A DNA stretch of 64,000 nucleotides, taken from positions 1,535,236 to 1,599,235 of the forward strand of contig NMRA01000005.1 of the NCBI GenBank assembly GCA_002633005.1, given 5' to 3'. The notes beneath the pieces were generated by a model. That model was not told the DNA's origin, made no database searches, and saw nothing but the letters and a program-made list of their open reading frames with translations. Source of the DNA: Phoronis australis (taxonomy: Eukaryota > Animalia > Phoronida). The translations under genes and the position numbers were made by a program. Below, one piece after another: positions 1 to 12,945 of the stretch. Position 1 is the first letter of the stretch; every line of letters starts with the position of its first letter.

Positions 1-25
1 GAAACCTGGCTGAAGGGTTTAGCAG

Positions 26-97
26 TGTGACCTGGTGGGACTCGAACCCACGACCTCGAGTAAAGAAAGCTGGCACTTATCAACCAGGCCATACTGC
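26..97 (-). mobile_element. tRNA-derived SINE head (Pol III A/B boxes)
   Basis: Reverse strand reads GGCAGTATGGCCTGGTTGATAAGTGCC...GTGGGTTCGAGTCCCACCAGGTCACAC, with A-box-like TGGCCTGGTTG and B-box GGTTCGAGTCC. No clean cloverleaf; the body runs off the window start. Confidence 0.6.
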
Positions 98-2509
98 CTC
101 CTCTTGAATGATCTCAGTGCTTAATATGCTCAAGGGCGTTTCGATCAAAGAGTGATATTTTGATTGGTTAGACTGATACATACCAAGGGAACTTGTACCA
201 TGTGATAAAATGTAATTGTTTACATATGTTTTGGAAAAAATAAATGGTTTAACGAGATAATCAAACGTTAAAATTGTGTCTTTAGCATCTAACGTCAGTG
301 TATAATACAGGATTACTTTTACATAAACATTTAAAACTATTATAGATTTTGGATTTCCTGTATTTAGTTAAGGTTAAGAATGCATGCCTACATGATGTTC
401 TCTGCACATTTGTTGCTTAGATAACACTATCACTGAAGGTGTTACTCTATCAAAAATCAAAAATTAAAGGGCAATTTTGACAGTAAAATCACCCATGGAA
501 ATCTTATTTTAATGATGTAGATTTCAGACTCTGTCCCAATTTTTGTACTTCAGGGTGACCTAAAAGGGCGGTTGGGTTCCTTGTTAAATCCAGGTTGTCT
601 CTTGGGAGGCATTTTTATTTAGTGCATCTTCATTGAATAAATTCATGTTTATGATTCTTTTTGGCAGCTTTCCCAGATTTCCGTAAAACTTCCACGCTCA
701 GATTTGGAAATTCTGGGTATTAGAAAAGGCATAAAAATCGGTGCTGTGAAACCTGTTGTGATACGAATAGATGTTATTGAAAGTATTTTTTGTCTGCATT
801 AAACTCACCATTCTAACACAATGTGTCCTTCGTTGATTACCACAATTGCCACGTTGGAAGCCAATTCCTTGTTTTGGGAGCTAATTCCTTGTTTTGCAAG
901 CCGGTTTCACACCATCACTTGTTGATGTCAGAGCCTCAGGGTTAGCATACACTACTTGATAATGTCCTTTAAGTATATCACTAATTGGAACACATAAGCG
1001 GATTCAGGGGGGCAGGGGCTGCCGCAAGCAAAATGAAACAGCGCGACGCGTGAGGAAGGACCGGTACTGGAAAAGGTGGGGGGACTCAGACCCCAGTTCG
1101 TGGCGGGCTCTCGTTCCCGTTTCTTTATTTTTTGAAATTTTTTTAGTCGATAGATTTCCCAGACAGAAGGTTCATACTCCGGGCCCCCGCATCTTTCGGG
1201 ACGCTAGTACACATACAACCGCGCTCTGCCCAATTCCCCGAGACAACATGTTGAGGGCCCCCTTCTGGTCCCTGATCCGCCAAAGGAACAGTACTACAAA
1301 ACGTCACCACTAGTTTCTTCATCATCATTATCATCATCACTAATGTCTCGCAAAAATTGTTGTTGTTCTGATATTGTAATTAGTGCACGGCAAAGATCTA
1401 CTAAAGTTTGGTGAACTACACGGCTAATAAGCAAACAAATTGCAGTTCAGTGTGGGAACATCAATAGCGCAATTAGTTGACCTGTCAACTGTGCTTCTTC
1501 TGCTAGTTTTATTTTAATCGCACAGTGAACCTTTTATGTTCACTTAGTGATAACTAAACTGTTTCAATGATGTTTTTCGTTTTAAAATTGCTTCAATTAA
1601 TACTACAGGTACTCCAATATCGTCCGCATTCGTAGCGACTTTACTCGGGGATTCCACTGATAGGGAATTCCCCGAGAATGCATGACAAGGGAGATAAGAC
1701 TTTATTTCGATACATAAACGAGTCGACAAATACGGACTTTCTCATCTACCAGGATTATAATTTCCGTTTTTAAGAAATTGGTCCTAACTGCTACAAAACT
1801 CATTCAAATCACAACAATGACGAGACGTTTTTCTTCGGTTTATTTGGTGCAGATATGAACCGATATGATCTGGCGAGATCCAGCCTCATAACTCATTTTT
1901 CGCGGTATTTTGTAAATGTGATGTGCCATATGTGAAGAACTAGTCGCTAACCGACTAGAGCGACGTCTTTCGTGAAAATGGAGTCACAGGCGCTTGATCA
2001 CGACTGACGTCACTCACTATTTATGGTTATGAGTCATCGCGAAATTCGAGCGCCTGTGATGACAGTCACGAAAGTTTTCTTTAAAGAGTAAAATTACACT
2101 GTAATACATCTGGCGGTAATTAAGTTTTTTTGTGAAAACCGAAAAATTTTACTGTCGCACATCTGATGGTATTTTTTTAAGATAAAACTTAGTTTTAATC
2201 AGTAAGCGTCCCCCTGTGGGCAAGCCCATAACAGCCCTCACGTGTTTAAGTCTGTGTTTACTGCTCAATCAGTCGTTTTACGGTATTGGGCCATTAGTGG
2301 CCAAGAAACGTAAACCGACATGCGGTACAAGCGGTAACAAGCAACAGATATGCAGCACTGGGCCAATACTGTCATGTTTACTAGGTTGTAGACGCACAGC
2401 TCCCTTATAGGATCAAAACTATGTGCCATTCTATCATCAGTACGCCTCGTTGGCTCAACATTATGGCAACTTTCTGAATGAAAGGACTGAGGGTATACGA
2501 AGCTGTTCT

Positions 2510-2832
2510 CAGGGGCGGATCAAGGATCTCGAGTTAGGGGGGAGGACCCAGGAATAAACAGAATTTGGGCAGATGCGCGCGCCCGGGGTAAAATGTGGGG
2601 ATACAGGGTCTCGAATTTTTGTGTTTGCGGACCTGTTGACAAAAACAAAAACTTGCAGACCTGTTGACTAAAAAAAAAACGGTAAACGGGGTTTGTTCAG
2701 GCCCTATTTATTGTTTATTCACCTCCCGAGCTCACCAGATTGCGCGCATGTGATAGTGAGCAATTCGCTGGTATCTGGTAAAATTTTAGGGGGGGCCATG
2801 GCCCCCTTAGCCCCTCCCTAAATCCGCCACCG
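2510..2832. mobile_element. hAT-type MITE, CAGGGGCGGATC termini, 5-bp TSD
   Basis: Left end CAGGGGCGGATC, right end AATCCGCCACCG; flanks GTTCT (2505-2509) and GTTCA (2833-2837). Confidence 0.7.
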
Positions 2833-4989
2833 GTTCAATACCTGGCGGGAGATTCGATTTAATTGAAAGCCCTTTAACCTTTGACCTTGGATAAGTAGTA
2901 AACAAATATCCATGCTGTTGTGCGGTTCCAAGAAGGTTCTGCTAAATCTGTTTTTTCTCGCTACGCGGTTTATATTTTATATTTGAAGTTCCCCGAGAAT
3001 AAACATAAGGTATTTGCTATTGTAAAAATGGCCAATTTTCGTGAATAAGGTTGGAGATATCCTTAATAACACAAGTACGTACCCATCTTTCCGTATTTGT
3101 AAGACATGCGGGCAATTTCGCATGTACATGAAATCCGGGCGTTGCTTTGGGTACCATAGGTACACCACTTAGTTCATCTAGTATTCAAAGAATCGTTTAT
3201 TTTGGCATGAAAAAGTATATTACACTTGAGTTTGAAATTTAAGATATATTTGGAGAAGTGAACCTCCGGAATAGTGAGCTGTTCCCATTTCCAGCGATTT
3301 AAGCAACTTAAGTAACACCAGAACACGCAAAATACAACCAGACAGAAAATTACGAATCATTCTCTGACTAAATATTTCCGTCAGAGTATGTAATGAGGTG
3401 TAAAAGTTTGGCAGGGGGTAACGCGAGAACGTTCTCTTTGTGGGCCGCATTACATCCGAATTTGATTTCCGTTCTCTAATTGCAAGCAATTGTCACGGCA
3501 TCATAATTTCTGGTTTTACGAATTCTGTCTCACCTCGGTGACATAGAGCTGAGTCATCGCTGTGAATACAGATTTCCATTCCCCTGATTAAGTTGGGTCA
3601 AAGGCCTTACCGAACTACCATGTCGATGTTTGCAAAATATCAAAGGTCTACCATTCTAGAAATTCAACTCCCCCCGCGCAATGCTGGCTACGAGCCTGGT
3701 GTTGATTTCCTAAATGGGCTTCAGACAGATCGTATGATTGTAATTCATATTAAATAATTATACGATTACGGGTGTATCGCAATCAGTTCTAATGACAGAT
3801 ATACCAGGATTCATATTATAAACTTCCAAGTTACCTGATCAATGACGTATATGATGTAAGCTGGCTCACACCATGACAATGCCAAGAAGACAACGCAACA
3901 AATTCTGTGTTCCATTCGAGTCTGCCAAAAAAACGTTTACATTTAATTAAGTCAACGTTGCACAAAGTTGATAATTGTAATTTATCAGGTATGAAATGCC
4001 TTTTGTCAAAACTCGTATTTCATTCAGACCACTCACACTTCTTACTGAGATAAGAACTGACTTCTGGGATCTACATAATGGAAGTGACTTCAGACATAAG
4101 ACAGAAATTTTGTCTTACGAAGAAAACACTTCACAGTTGCCGCTGTTTAATTTAAGCAATTAGTTGTGAGCGCGTCGCAGTCTAGAATTAATTTTTGAAA
4201 TCGGTTCAATAACTATCAGTTTTGCGCTTATTCTCAGGCACTTTACACAACTGTCCTCGAATAAACACAGTTTTTGAATGACTGAAGTGCTGGCTAAATT
4301 CGAAATCCTAAAACTGAACCTAAAAGACCAAATCCTGAAAAGTAATGATATAAATGCGATTGGTACAAACCGAGACAAATCCAAGAATCAACCAGCCGAT
4401 GCTGAACGGGAATCCTATCCCAAGAACAATTTTCTGCAGAACGCTTGTGAAGGTTTCTCTACGAAGTATCAAAAGCAGGAGAGAACACTGAAAAGAATGT
4501 AACTGATGAAATTTACGATGACAGGAGGGTTGAGTTCCATAGGCCGTAGCACATTATAACTTTACCCAAACTGCAAAACGCTTGTGAAAGTTCCTCAAGC
4601 AATATGAAAAACAAGAGAAAAATATCAAATAAATCAAATGAATGACCGTAAGGTTATACCTCAACTCGCAGAAGTTCTGTCATAAGTTTACCAGCTTCAC
4701 ACATAAGTGTATCGGTGGTGCAACTAATAGTACTCGTTACTTGCTCACATACCCCGTCCATAATGCCGAGTGTGAACGGCTTTTTTGCAGCTTCCACTGA
4801 ATTTTTTTTAAAGTGATATATATTTATTAAAGAATACACAGGACATACAAAGAAATAATGACAAACTCAGAAATCGCGAAGCATTATATCTGAGTTGTAA
4901 ACAATTCACAAATGAAACTAATATACATAGAGGAATGTACAATTATGTAGTATGTAATATAAGTATTCCAATATTTAGATATGCTATTG

Positions 4990-5290
4990 CGAATATATAA
5001 AACAAAAACATGTACAGATTCATGTATGGAAATCAGAAGCAACAATATTGATAAACGGTACATAAAAATTTGCTAACGTTGCTTAGGAGGAATTCATTGA
5101 GAACAAGGTAAAAGTTAGGACTACCATTCAATAATAATGTAACTCTCGTAGGGATATTATTACAAGAATTGAGAGCATTAGCAATTGATTGGTTTTCATT
5201 GAGTGCACGAAAGAGTGAGTTTTTCAAGTAGTCGATGAGGGGACATTTAAAGAAAATATGAGGATAAGATTGAATCCAATGATCAGATCT
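4990..5290 (-). mobile_element. 3' fragment of a non-LTR retrotransposon (LINE) ORF2
   Basis: Minus-strand translation HIFFKCPLIDYLKNSLFRAL...LLLNGSPNF...NEFLLSNVSKFL resembles the HxFxxCP...LLxG...N C-terminus of CR1/L2-type ORF2. Confidence 0.5.
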
Positions 5291-6369
5291 GTTCTCACTT
5301 TGATGACCTTGGCAACAGGTATAAAAAACTCACTTAGTGAAAGCTGTAATGTTTTATTACTCCAAAACCTTAGTGATTTCATTTTTAAATGTCATAGTAA
5401 ACAATTGATTTATGTTTAGCTATGCTGAGCTTTTTGTTTGTTTGTTTGTTTGTTTTTTGTTGAGTTCTTTAATTTCTGGTGATTTCCTTTTGCTTTTGTC
5501 ATTTTCTTTGTGACATTGCTCATTATTACCAATTTTACCTAAATATTGCTATGTATATATAAGCCTGGTTAAAACGATTCGTAATCTGCTTTGGGCTGAG
5601 TCTCTGTTCCATTATTTTATGGTCAAATACTTGTGTTGCAATAAAAACAAAAACAAAAACAAAAACAAAAAACAAAAGCAATGGTTCAAACTTCATTAAG
5701 ATAACAATTTCTCAAAATATTTACTGCAAGAAACTGTGTTGTTCGTTTCTATAGCAGGCAAGATGTACCTACGCAGAAAAGTCCAATTACTGCTAGTCTT
5801 ACCTCAAACTGAAGATCAAGTTTAAGACATGCTTCAAAGGCGAAGAGAATATTGCAGGCTTTCTGTAATTTTTCGTCCGCGGATTCCACAAATCTGAATA
5901 TGAGTGTGTTGTGACGGAAGTACTTAACCAGTATGAATGTCCCCTGCTCCATAATAATAGGGCAAATTACACATGTGAGTATGAGACGCACCTGTAAACA
6001 AAAACTACCAAGATTAATGTTGGCACCTCAAATAAATGTTTGTACATTAAAGACGGCCAACAAATTAGCACACGGTCAGCCTTCGTAGCTACGTTACTCG
6101 TCGTCATGTTCATGACCAATCATGAGCTAGAATAGATCGAAGCCGTTCATTATCTACTTGGAACTAGTCTATCGTATCAACGAGGATGATTTTCGGTGAT
6201 GAGATGAACCCTCGTAGACAAGGCGGCACGATACTTTTGATTTTCTACGAAAACAATACTGTTTACAAAAATATAATTTTCATTTTGAATCAGTTGTGAG
6301 GGCCAATCTCACCGGCTAATGCCAAAAAATAATAAAACTGTTAAAGATGCACCATGTTTAGCTGGCAAT

Positions 6370-6645
6370 AAATAAAAATCGAATTAGAGCTTTAACTAAC
6401 ATAAAATCGATCTCATATTCGTTACTGTGATAGGATTCCGCTTCCGTTACCTGTTCAAGTCCAAAGCCAATGCGTGCACGCGCATTTTTCGAATTCATAA
6501 TTTTTGGGCTCACTGGCCAAAACTACTAAACTCTGAATCGTTTTCTTGAGTCGATGGTGGTAATGGAAACGGAATACTACCAAGATAAGGAATATTATGA
6601 TTTTAAATTTATTAAAGTGAAAGACTTAATTCGGTTTTCGTTTTT
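6370..6645. mobile_element. Palindromic MITE-like repeat; related copies at ~30625-30900 and ~32290-32400
   Basis: Imperfect inverted arms (GATAGGATTCCGCTTCCGTTACC vs GGTAATGGAAACGGAATACTAC). The same GTGATAGGATTCC and GGTAACGGAAA motifs recur near 30635, 30781 and 32291. Confidence 0.5.
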
Positions 6646-8495
6646 TAGTAAGCGTAACAGGGCGAAATACAACTTTAAACGGGAACAGGTGGCCGTTTTG
6701 TAGACGCAGTACACTCGAGTAAAGAAAGATCACGCAAGTTTTAGTGAGATATACATGTAGCTATGCACTTCAAGCAAACCATGTGACCCCATTCGAATAA
6801 TGTCATTATAGCTTTACTTGCGAGCCAGGCCATCACGTCTAGGAAAATGAGACCTCTTAAGTAAAAATATACTTCATAAAAGAAGCAAAAGCTCGTTGAA
6901 ATTTTGCAATGGGGTAACTTTTTTGTGGATTCCGTTCTTAAGTCGACCGATCCCACTATTATACACACCGCTCATTTCAGGGCTATTTACGAAACTGCCT
7001 CTGGTGTTTAAACTGGGCGGATTGATAAGGGAGCTGGCTAAAACGGCGGAATAGTTCGAGGTAGTGGTTACCCGGTACTTGGTTGAACGGTAAATAAATA
7101 AGTTGCCCAAGGTAGCAGCAGTAACCAGTTGATGGACAGCAGCATAAAAGCTAACACACTTGTTAAGTTTCTACCGACACACAAAGTTTGTTAACTCTAA
7201 CTACAATATATACATGGGAGGCACACCATAGGGGGCTGGGGGAGGGGGGGCTATAGCCCCTCCACCGTGCTTTTTTCAGTGCTGCACCGTCCATGATATG
7301 TAGTGAATAGAAATATGTGTGGGTTATGAGTGCAAAACAACAACAATATTGAAAGATCCGGTGACTCCAAATCATCAACATGAATGAAGTCTGAACATCT
7401 TTGTCATATAAGGTTTCACTATGAGTAGACGCTGATCAGTGACATAGTTAACAAAAACACAAGGATTTCCGGAATAGTTATGTAACATAAATTGTTTTGC
7501 TGGGACAGTAGTACCTCATAAGACATGACTGAACTTGTACTCTATTAACGTCATGAGAACTGGGAACAAAAACACTAAAATTGTAACAGTGGGGAGCGCT
7601 ACACTTCCACCAGTACTAAAATGTTAGAGGTTCCTATGTAACTTAAAGACCTCACTTCCCGACGCTCCTTCAGGGAATTTAAAGGCGAAGGCAATTGTTT
7701 TTCATGTCATTTTAGCAAAAACAAAAGGTTACTTGGTTATTCCAGACATGTTTTTAAGTAAACTTCAGCTTCTCGTAATTTAATTAATTACTCGTCCCCT
7801 ACTCTGGAAGTGACGTTTAGGGAGTCAAGAATTACGCGCCAATTTGGTTCTGGATTCGAGTTTACTGTGTGGATCTGAACTACTGTTTTTTGGGGTGTTT
7901 TTTCTAAAGTTGTCGTCACCACTCACAACTTCCCATTGACGAGTGTTGTACGACAAGTTAGGTTGTTAGAGAACTACGTTGGATTTATAGGGCTTGTTTA
8001 GTATGTAGTAACATGAATATGGCTGGAGTAGGCAACCCATATCGCAGTGACCGTAGTGACTTGAGTGACGGAGACATTGTTCATACATGGACAGCAAACC
8101 ATATGGGGCTAGGAGGCTATAACCTTCACTTTTTAGTTCTGAGCAGTGAGGACGAGGATTTTTTTCACGGGCAGTCAGTGGGTGCCCCCCCTCACTGGGC
8201 ATCGAACTTGGCCTGTATTCACTCCCACTACTCAACATTGCTGCAGGGCTGCTTACAGGCTCTGGGCTAGAGACAGCACCACAGGGCGAATCACTAGTTC
8301 CCGGAATTGCACGCTCTGGAGTACGTTCGGAGGCACGGGTGACAATACATGGAAGTGCCTCCAGTCACTGTAGTGGCCACAGCTCGCGAGGTTTCTCGCT
8401 TCAAAAATGCACTTCTCTGGGGTGGCGACGGGGCACTGCCAGGGAATCAACAGCGACGGTACGGCACCCTTCTTCAGGCGTCGTTTTGCAAGTTC

Positions 8496-8656
8496 TGTCG
8501 TAATATTTATTAGTAACACCTGTTAGCATTAATCCCATTGTGACCTATAATGCAGTGCTTCTTCCTGTATCATGTAGTGTGTTAAGACAATAGAATTTTA
8601 CTCTTACTTTCATCTCGTGATCATCAAGTAACCACACCACATCCAATAACATAACA
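8496..8656 (+). repeat. 5' LTR (161 bp)
   Basis: TGTCGTAATATT...AATAACATAACA; direct repeat of 12809-12945. Confidence 0.92.
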
Positions 8657-8670
8657 TGATGTCAGGAGTG
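8657..8670 (+). promoter_or_regulatory. Primer-binding site, tRNA-Leu-like
   Basis: TGATGTCAGGAGTG immediately after the LTR; one mismatch from TGGTGTCAGGAGTG, the complement of a tRNA-Leu 3' end. Confidence 0.75.
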
Positions 8671-8727
8671 CCGAAGAACTGTAGAATTTGAGGACTTGTT
8701 TATTTTGTGATTGCCTGGACTGCAACA

Positions 8728-11700
8728 ATGGCTAGTTTACAAGGATTAACCCAACCATCCATGAATTGGTCATCCAGCGACCTACCACCGACATTTAGCA
8801 ACTTCAAGGGACTGTTCCAGTTATATTTTGAAGGACCACTGTCAACATTGGAGGAAACACAAATGATCAAATATTTGCTCATTTGAGTTGGTAAAGAGGG
8901 ACGTGATATCCACAAAACATCGACATTAACTGCAGATGAGGCAAAGTCACTGGACACTTACTAGAAAAAATTCGAGGAGTATGTGACGCTCATAAGTAAT
9001 TTCCGTGTTGCGAGATTTAAACTGCGAACCCTGACACAACAAGATGGTGAGTCAATTGATTCGTTCTTGAAACTTATCAGACTCCTTGTTGCTGAATGCG
9101 AATACAGTGAACCAGACGACCACATAATTGATGCCTTAGTCTTTGGCATTCAAAGTCAACATGTGCAAGCTAAGCTGTTACAAGAAACTGATAAGCTGAC
9201 CCTTGACAAAGCAATTGAATTGTTTCGCTTACAAGAGGCAACAGTCCGACAACTCGACGACATACACCCCAGCAGTAACACAGCTGTACACGCCGCTAAG
9301 CCCAAACCGCAGCACAGAAAGCCCCAGAAGCATGACAAAAAACCTGCCCACACATCCAGTGACTGCGGACGGTGCGGAACAGCCCATTCCCAACATGACA
9401 GATGTCCAGCGCAAGGTGCTACATGTCTGGCCTGTGGCAAGAAGAATCACTGGGCCAATGTTTGTCGCAGTAAATCACGATCACGTCCAACTGGCGGAAA
9501 ACCTAAAACACGTGTACACGCTGTAAATACGAATGATGAAGTGTTGTATTTTCACTCGTTGCAAATACATAGTCTATCGGACACCCAAGCCATTGTCAAC
9601 GTACCTCTGACCTCCGGTGATACAACATGTGACATACTCTGCAAGATTGACACTGGCGTGGAAGGTAACGTGATCCCTATTTCCAAGTTTAAGAACATAG
9701 TACCTGCAATGAAGGGACTCTCCCCATCCAAAACACGCATCGAAGTTTATGGCGGCAGCACATTGAAGCAGTATGGTACATGCACTCTCACAGTGACACA
9801 TGGTACACAGAGCGAAGAGTGCACCTTCCATGTTGTAGAAGCAGATGGTCCAGTCATACTAGGATTTCCAACATGCCGTGCTTTGCAACTGATTTCACTG
9901 AACTGCGAGATCACTACCCATACCAAAGACCCTGAACTTGGTGACACTCTACCAGGCCACTCAAGCCCATTTGTGGTGCCTACAGCTTCCTTCACAAGAC
10001 TTGACGGTGACTCCAATGCGAAAGACCATATACTCCGAAAGTATAAAGACGTCTTTGAAGGTATTGGGTGTTTTGAAGTAGAGGCACACATCACTCTTGA
10101 CCCTACTATTTCCCAATTGTTCAGCCCGTGAGAAGCATCCCTGAAGCATTCCGTGAGCCCTTTATAGCTGAGTTGAAGAAACTTGAGTCACAAGGCATAA
10201 TATCCAAGGTGGACGGCCCAACAGATAGGGTGAACGCTCTGGCATGTGTCACCAAACCGAATAGTTCGCTACGTCTTTGTCTCGATCCAAAAGACCTCAA
10301 CAAAGCCATACAAAGACCCCATCATTACACGCCTACACTGAACGATGTACTGCTCAAGCTCAACGGTGCCAAGTATTTCTCCATCATTGACGCACGCTCT
10401 GGGTACTGGAACATCAAGCTAGATGATGAGAGTTCACATTATACGACGTTCAACTGCATTTATGGAAGAAGATTTCTCCGCCTGCCATTTGGTCTCAACT
10501 GTTCCCAAGATTTGTTCCAGCGAAAGGTTGATGAAACATTTGGTGACCTCACAGGTGTTACAGGTATCGCCGACGATATTATTGTCTATGGAAAGAAGGC
10601 GGACGGAAGCGACCATGACGCGAACCTAGAAGCTCTCATGAAGCGCGCTCGACAGACAGGAATAAAGTTCAATGCTGATAAATTTCACATACGGTGTAGT
10701 GAAATCCCGTTTTTCGGTCACATTATTAGTCGCAACGGCATAAGCCCTGATCCACGCAAGACTGAAGCCATCGCCCGTATGGACCCTTCATAAAGTCGTG
10801 AAAGTCTTCAAACCTTCCTCGGCATGACCCAGTTCCTAAGGCGATTCACCCCAAGTAGCGTCGGTAGCCGCACCACTATGGGACCTGATCAAGAAAAAGA
10901 ACGATTTCATCTGGGGACCTGAGCACCAGAAGGCAGTAGATCAAGTCAAAGCCCTAGTCACTAATCCAGAAACACTGCAGTACTATGATAAGTCAAAACC
11001 ACTAGTAGTACAGGTCGAAGCCTCATCCAAAGGTCTAGGAGCCGCAGTACTCCAGGAAAGTGGACCAATCGGGTATAGAAGCAAACTGCTAACAGAAACC
11101 GAATCGCGTTATTCTAATATTGAGAGAGAATATCTGGCGATCGTGTTTGATCTGAAAGTCTTCCACCATTACATATATGGCAGACATGTTCAAGTGAACT
11201 CTGACCATAAGCCGTTGGAATCTAACACGAAGAAACATATCTCAAGCGCATCACCCCCGGCTTGCCCGTATGCTGGTAAGGACCCAGAAATATGACTTCG
11301 ACTTAGTGTACGTATGCAAGAACGAAGATCCAATAGCAGATGCCTTATCACGCATTGACCCATGTGCTGCAGATACAATCCCAGGATTTGACATAACCGT
11401 ACACGAGATACAGCTCCAACTGAATGCCAGTCATACTCGTCTAACTCAGATCCGCTATGAGACAGCGAAGGACCTTTAGATGATGGTACTACGAAACATG
11501 ATTGCCAACGGATGACCTAACTCCAGAGCTGATTGCCCCACCACCCTGCATGGATACTGGAACTTCAGAGACGAGTTGGGAGTTGAAAATGAAATCATCA
11601 TCAAAGGAAGACGTATAGTCGTGCCACAATCATTACGCCAAACAATACTCAAACAGATTCATTATGCCCACCAAGGAATCGAAAAGTGCCGATTACGAGA

Positions 11701-12679
11701 CCGAGCGTCAGCATTCTGGGATGGAATCAACAAGGACATCGACGCCATCGTGTCCAATTGTGCATCGTGCAAAGCTCACCAGAATGCAAATGCCAAAGAA
11801 CCTCTGTTACCACTAGACGTTCCACCTAAACCGTGACACACACTTGGTATGGATCTATTCTACTGGCAACAGAAGGACTATGTCTTAGTCGCTGACATGT
11901 ACAGCAAGTTTCCCATCGTACAAAGATTACACTCAACTACGTCCGGTTCTGTCATCAACCATTTGAAGACTATATTTGATGAACACGGTCTCCCCGAGAA
12001 GGTGGCCTCAGACAACGGACCACAGTTCTCATCATACGAGTTCAAACAGTTCGCTGAAGTATACGAACTAGAACATGCTACAACATCACCGATGTTTCCC
12101 CCAAGTGAACGGGTTCGTCGAAAGAATGGTACAGACAGTGAAGAATCTATTCACTAAGGCCTTCGAGACAGGCAGTACCCCCACTTGGCAATGTTGCGCC
12201 TGAGATCAACTCCGATCGACCACAAAACTCCGTCTCCAAGAGAACTGCTCAACGGCAGAAGGTATCACACCATGCTACCTTCTTTGCCTACCAAGGGGAA
12301 CGGCGAGCACAACGAAGCACTTGAAATGCGCCAAGAAGCACAGAAGCGCAACTTCCCCGGCTCAAAACAATTACCTCCACTATATCCGAACGACAATGTA
12401 CGCATGCTAAATACAGATACCAAGATGTGGGAACCTGGAAAGGTTCTCAGTCAGGAAGCCACACCCCGATCGTACAAGGTGACAACCAACCGAGGAACTT
12501 TCCGTCGCAACAGGAGACATTTGCGCAAGACCTCAGAAAACGTCGAAATTGACCAGCACACCGAACTCTACACATCGATGTCAGAAGAACCAAATATCCC
12601 TAACGAAATTCCTAGTGATACTCCTGCGACTACCCGAAGTGAACGTGCTGTGCGGAAACCTCAGCAGATGGACTTGTGA
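8728..12679 (+). pseudogene. Gag-Pol polyprotein of the Gypsy element, with stops and frameshifts
   Basis: Starts MASLQGLTQPSMNW; zinc knuckles CGRCGTAH and CLACGKKNH; protease KIDTG; RT IDARSGYW and IADDII; RNase H DHKPL; integrase HYAHQG...CASC, DLF and SDNGPQF. In-frame stops (e.g. ~8884, ~8962, 10791) and several frame changes. Confidence 0.93.
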
Positions 12680-12796
12680 AAACGGAGCATTTTATTTTAT
12701 TAGTTTTTTTGTTAACACCTTAAGTGTTACACGGAACATTTATCGTCGTAGTTTAAAGGATATTAGACTTTTTATGCCAGCTTCATCTGTTTCTTC

Positions 12797-12808
12797 AAGA
12801 AGGGGAGA
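12797..12808 (+). promoter_or_regulatory. Polypurine tract
   Basis: AAGAAGGGGAGA directly before the 3' LTR. Confidence 0.8.
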
Positions 12809-12945
12809 TAGCATTAATCCCAATGTGCCTGACCTATAATGCAGTGCTTCTTCCTGTATGATGTAGTGTGTTAAGACAATAGAATTTTACTCTTACTTTC
12901 ATCTCGTGATCATTAAGTAACCACGCCACATCCAATAACATAACA
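12809..12945 (+). repeat. 3' LTR, lacking the first ~28 nt of the 5' LTR
   Basis: Matches 8524-8656 with 4 substitutions and one 3-bp indel. Confidence 0.92.

Larger units (their letters stand above)
8496..12945 (+). mobile_element. Ty3/Gypsy LTR retrotransposon (Mag-like), full length but decayed
   Basis: 5' LTR 8496-8656 (TG...CA), 3' LTR 12809-12945, TSD AGTTC at 8491-8495 and 12946-12950, PBS after the 5' LTR, PPT before the 3' LTR, domain order gag-PR-RT-RH-IN. Confidence 0.95.
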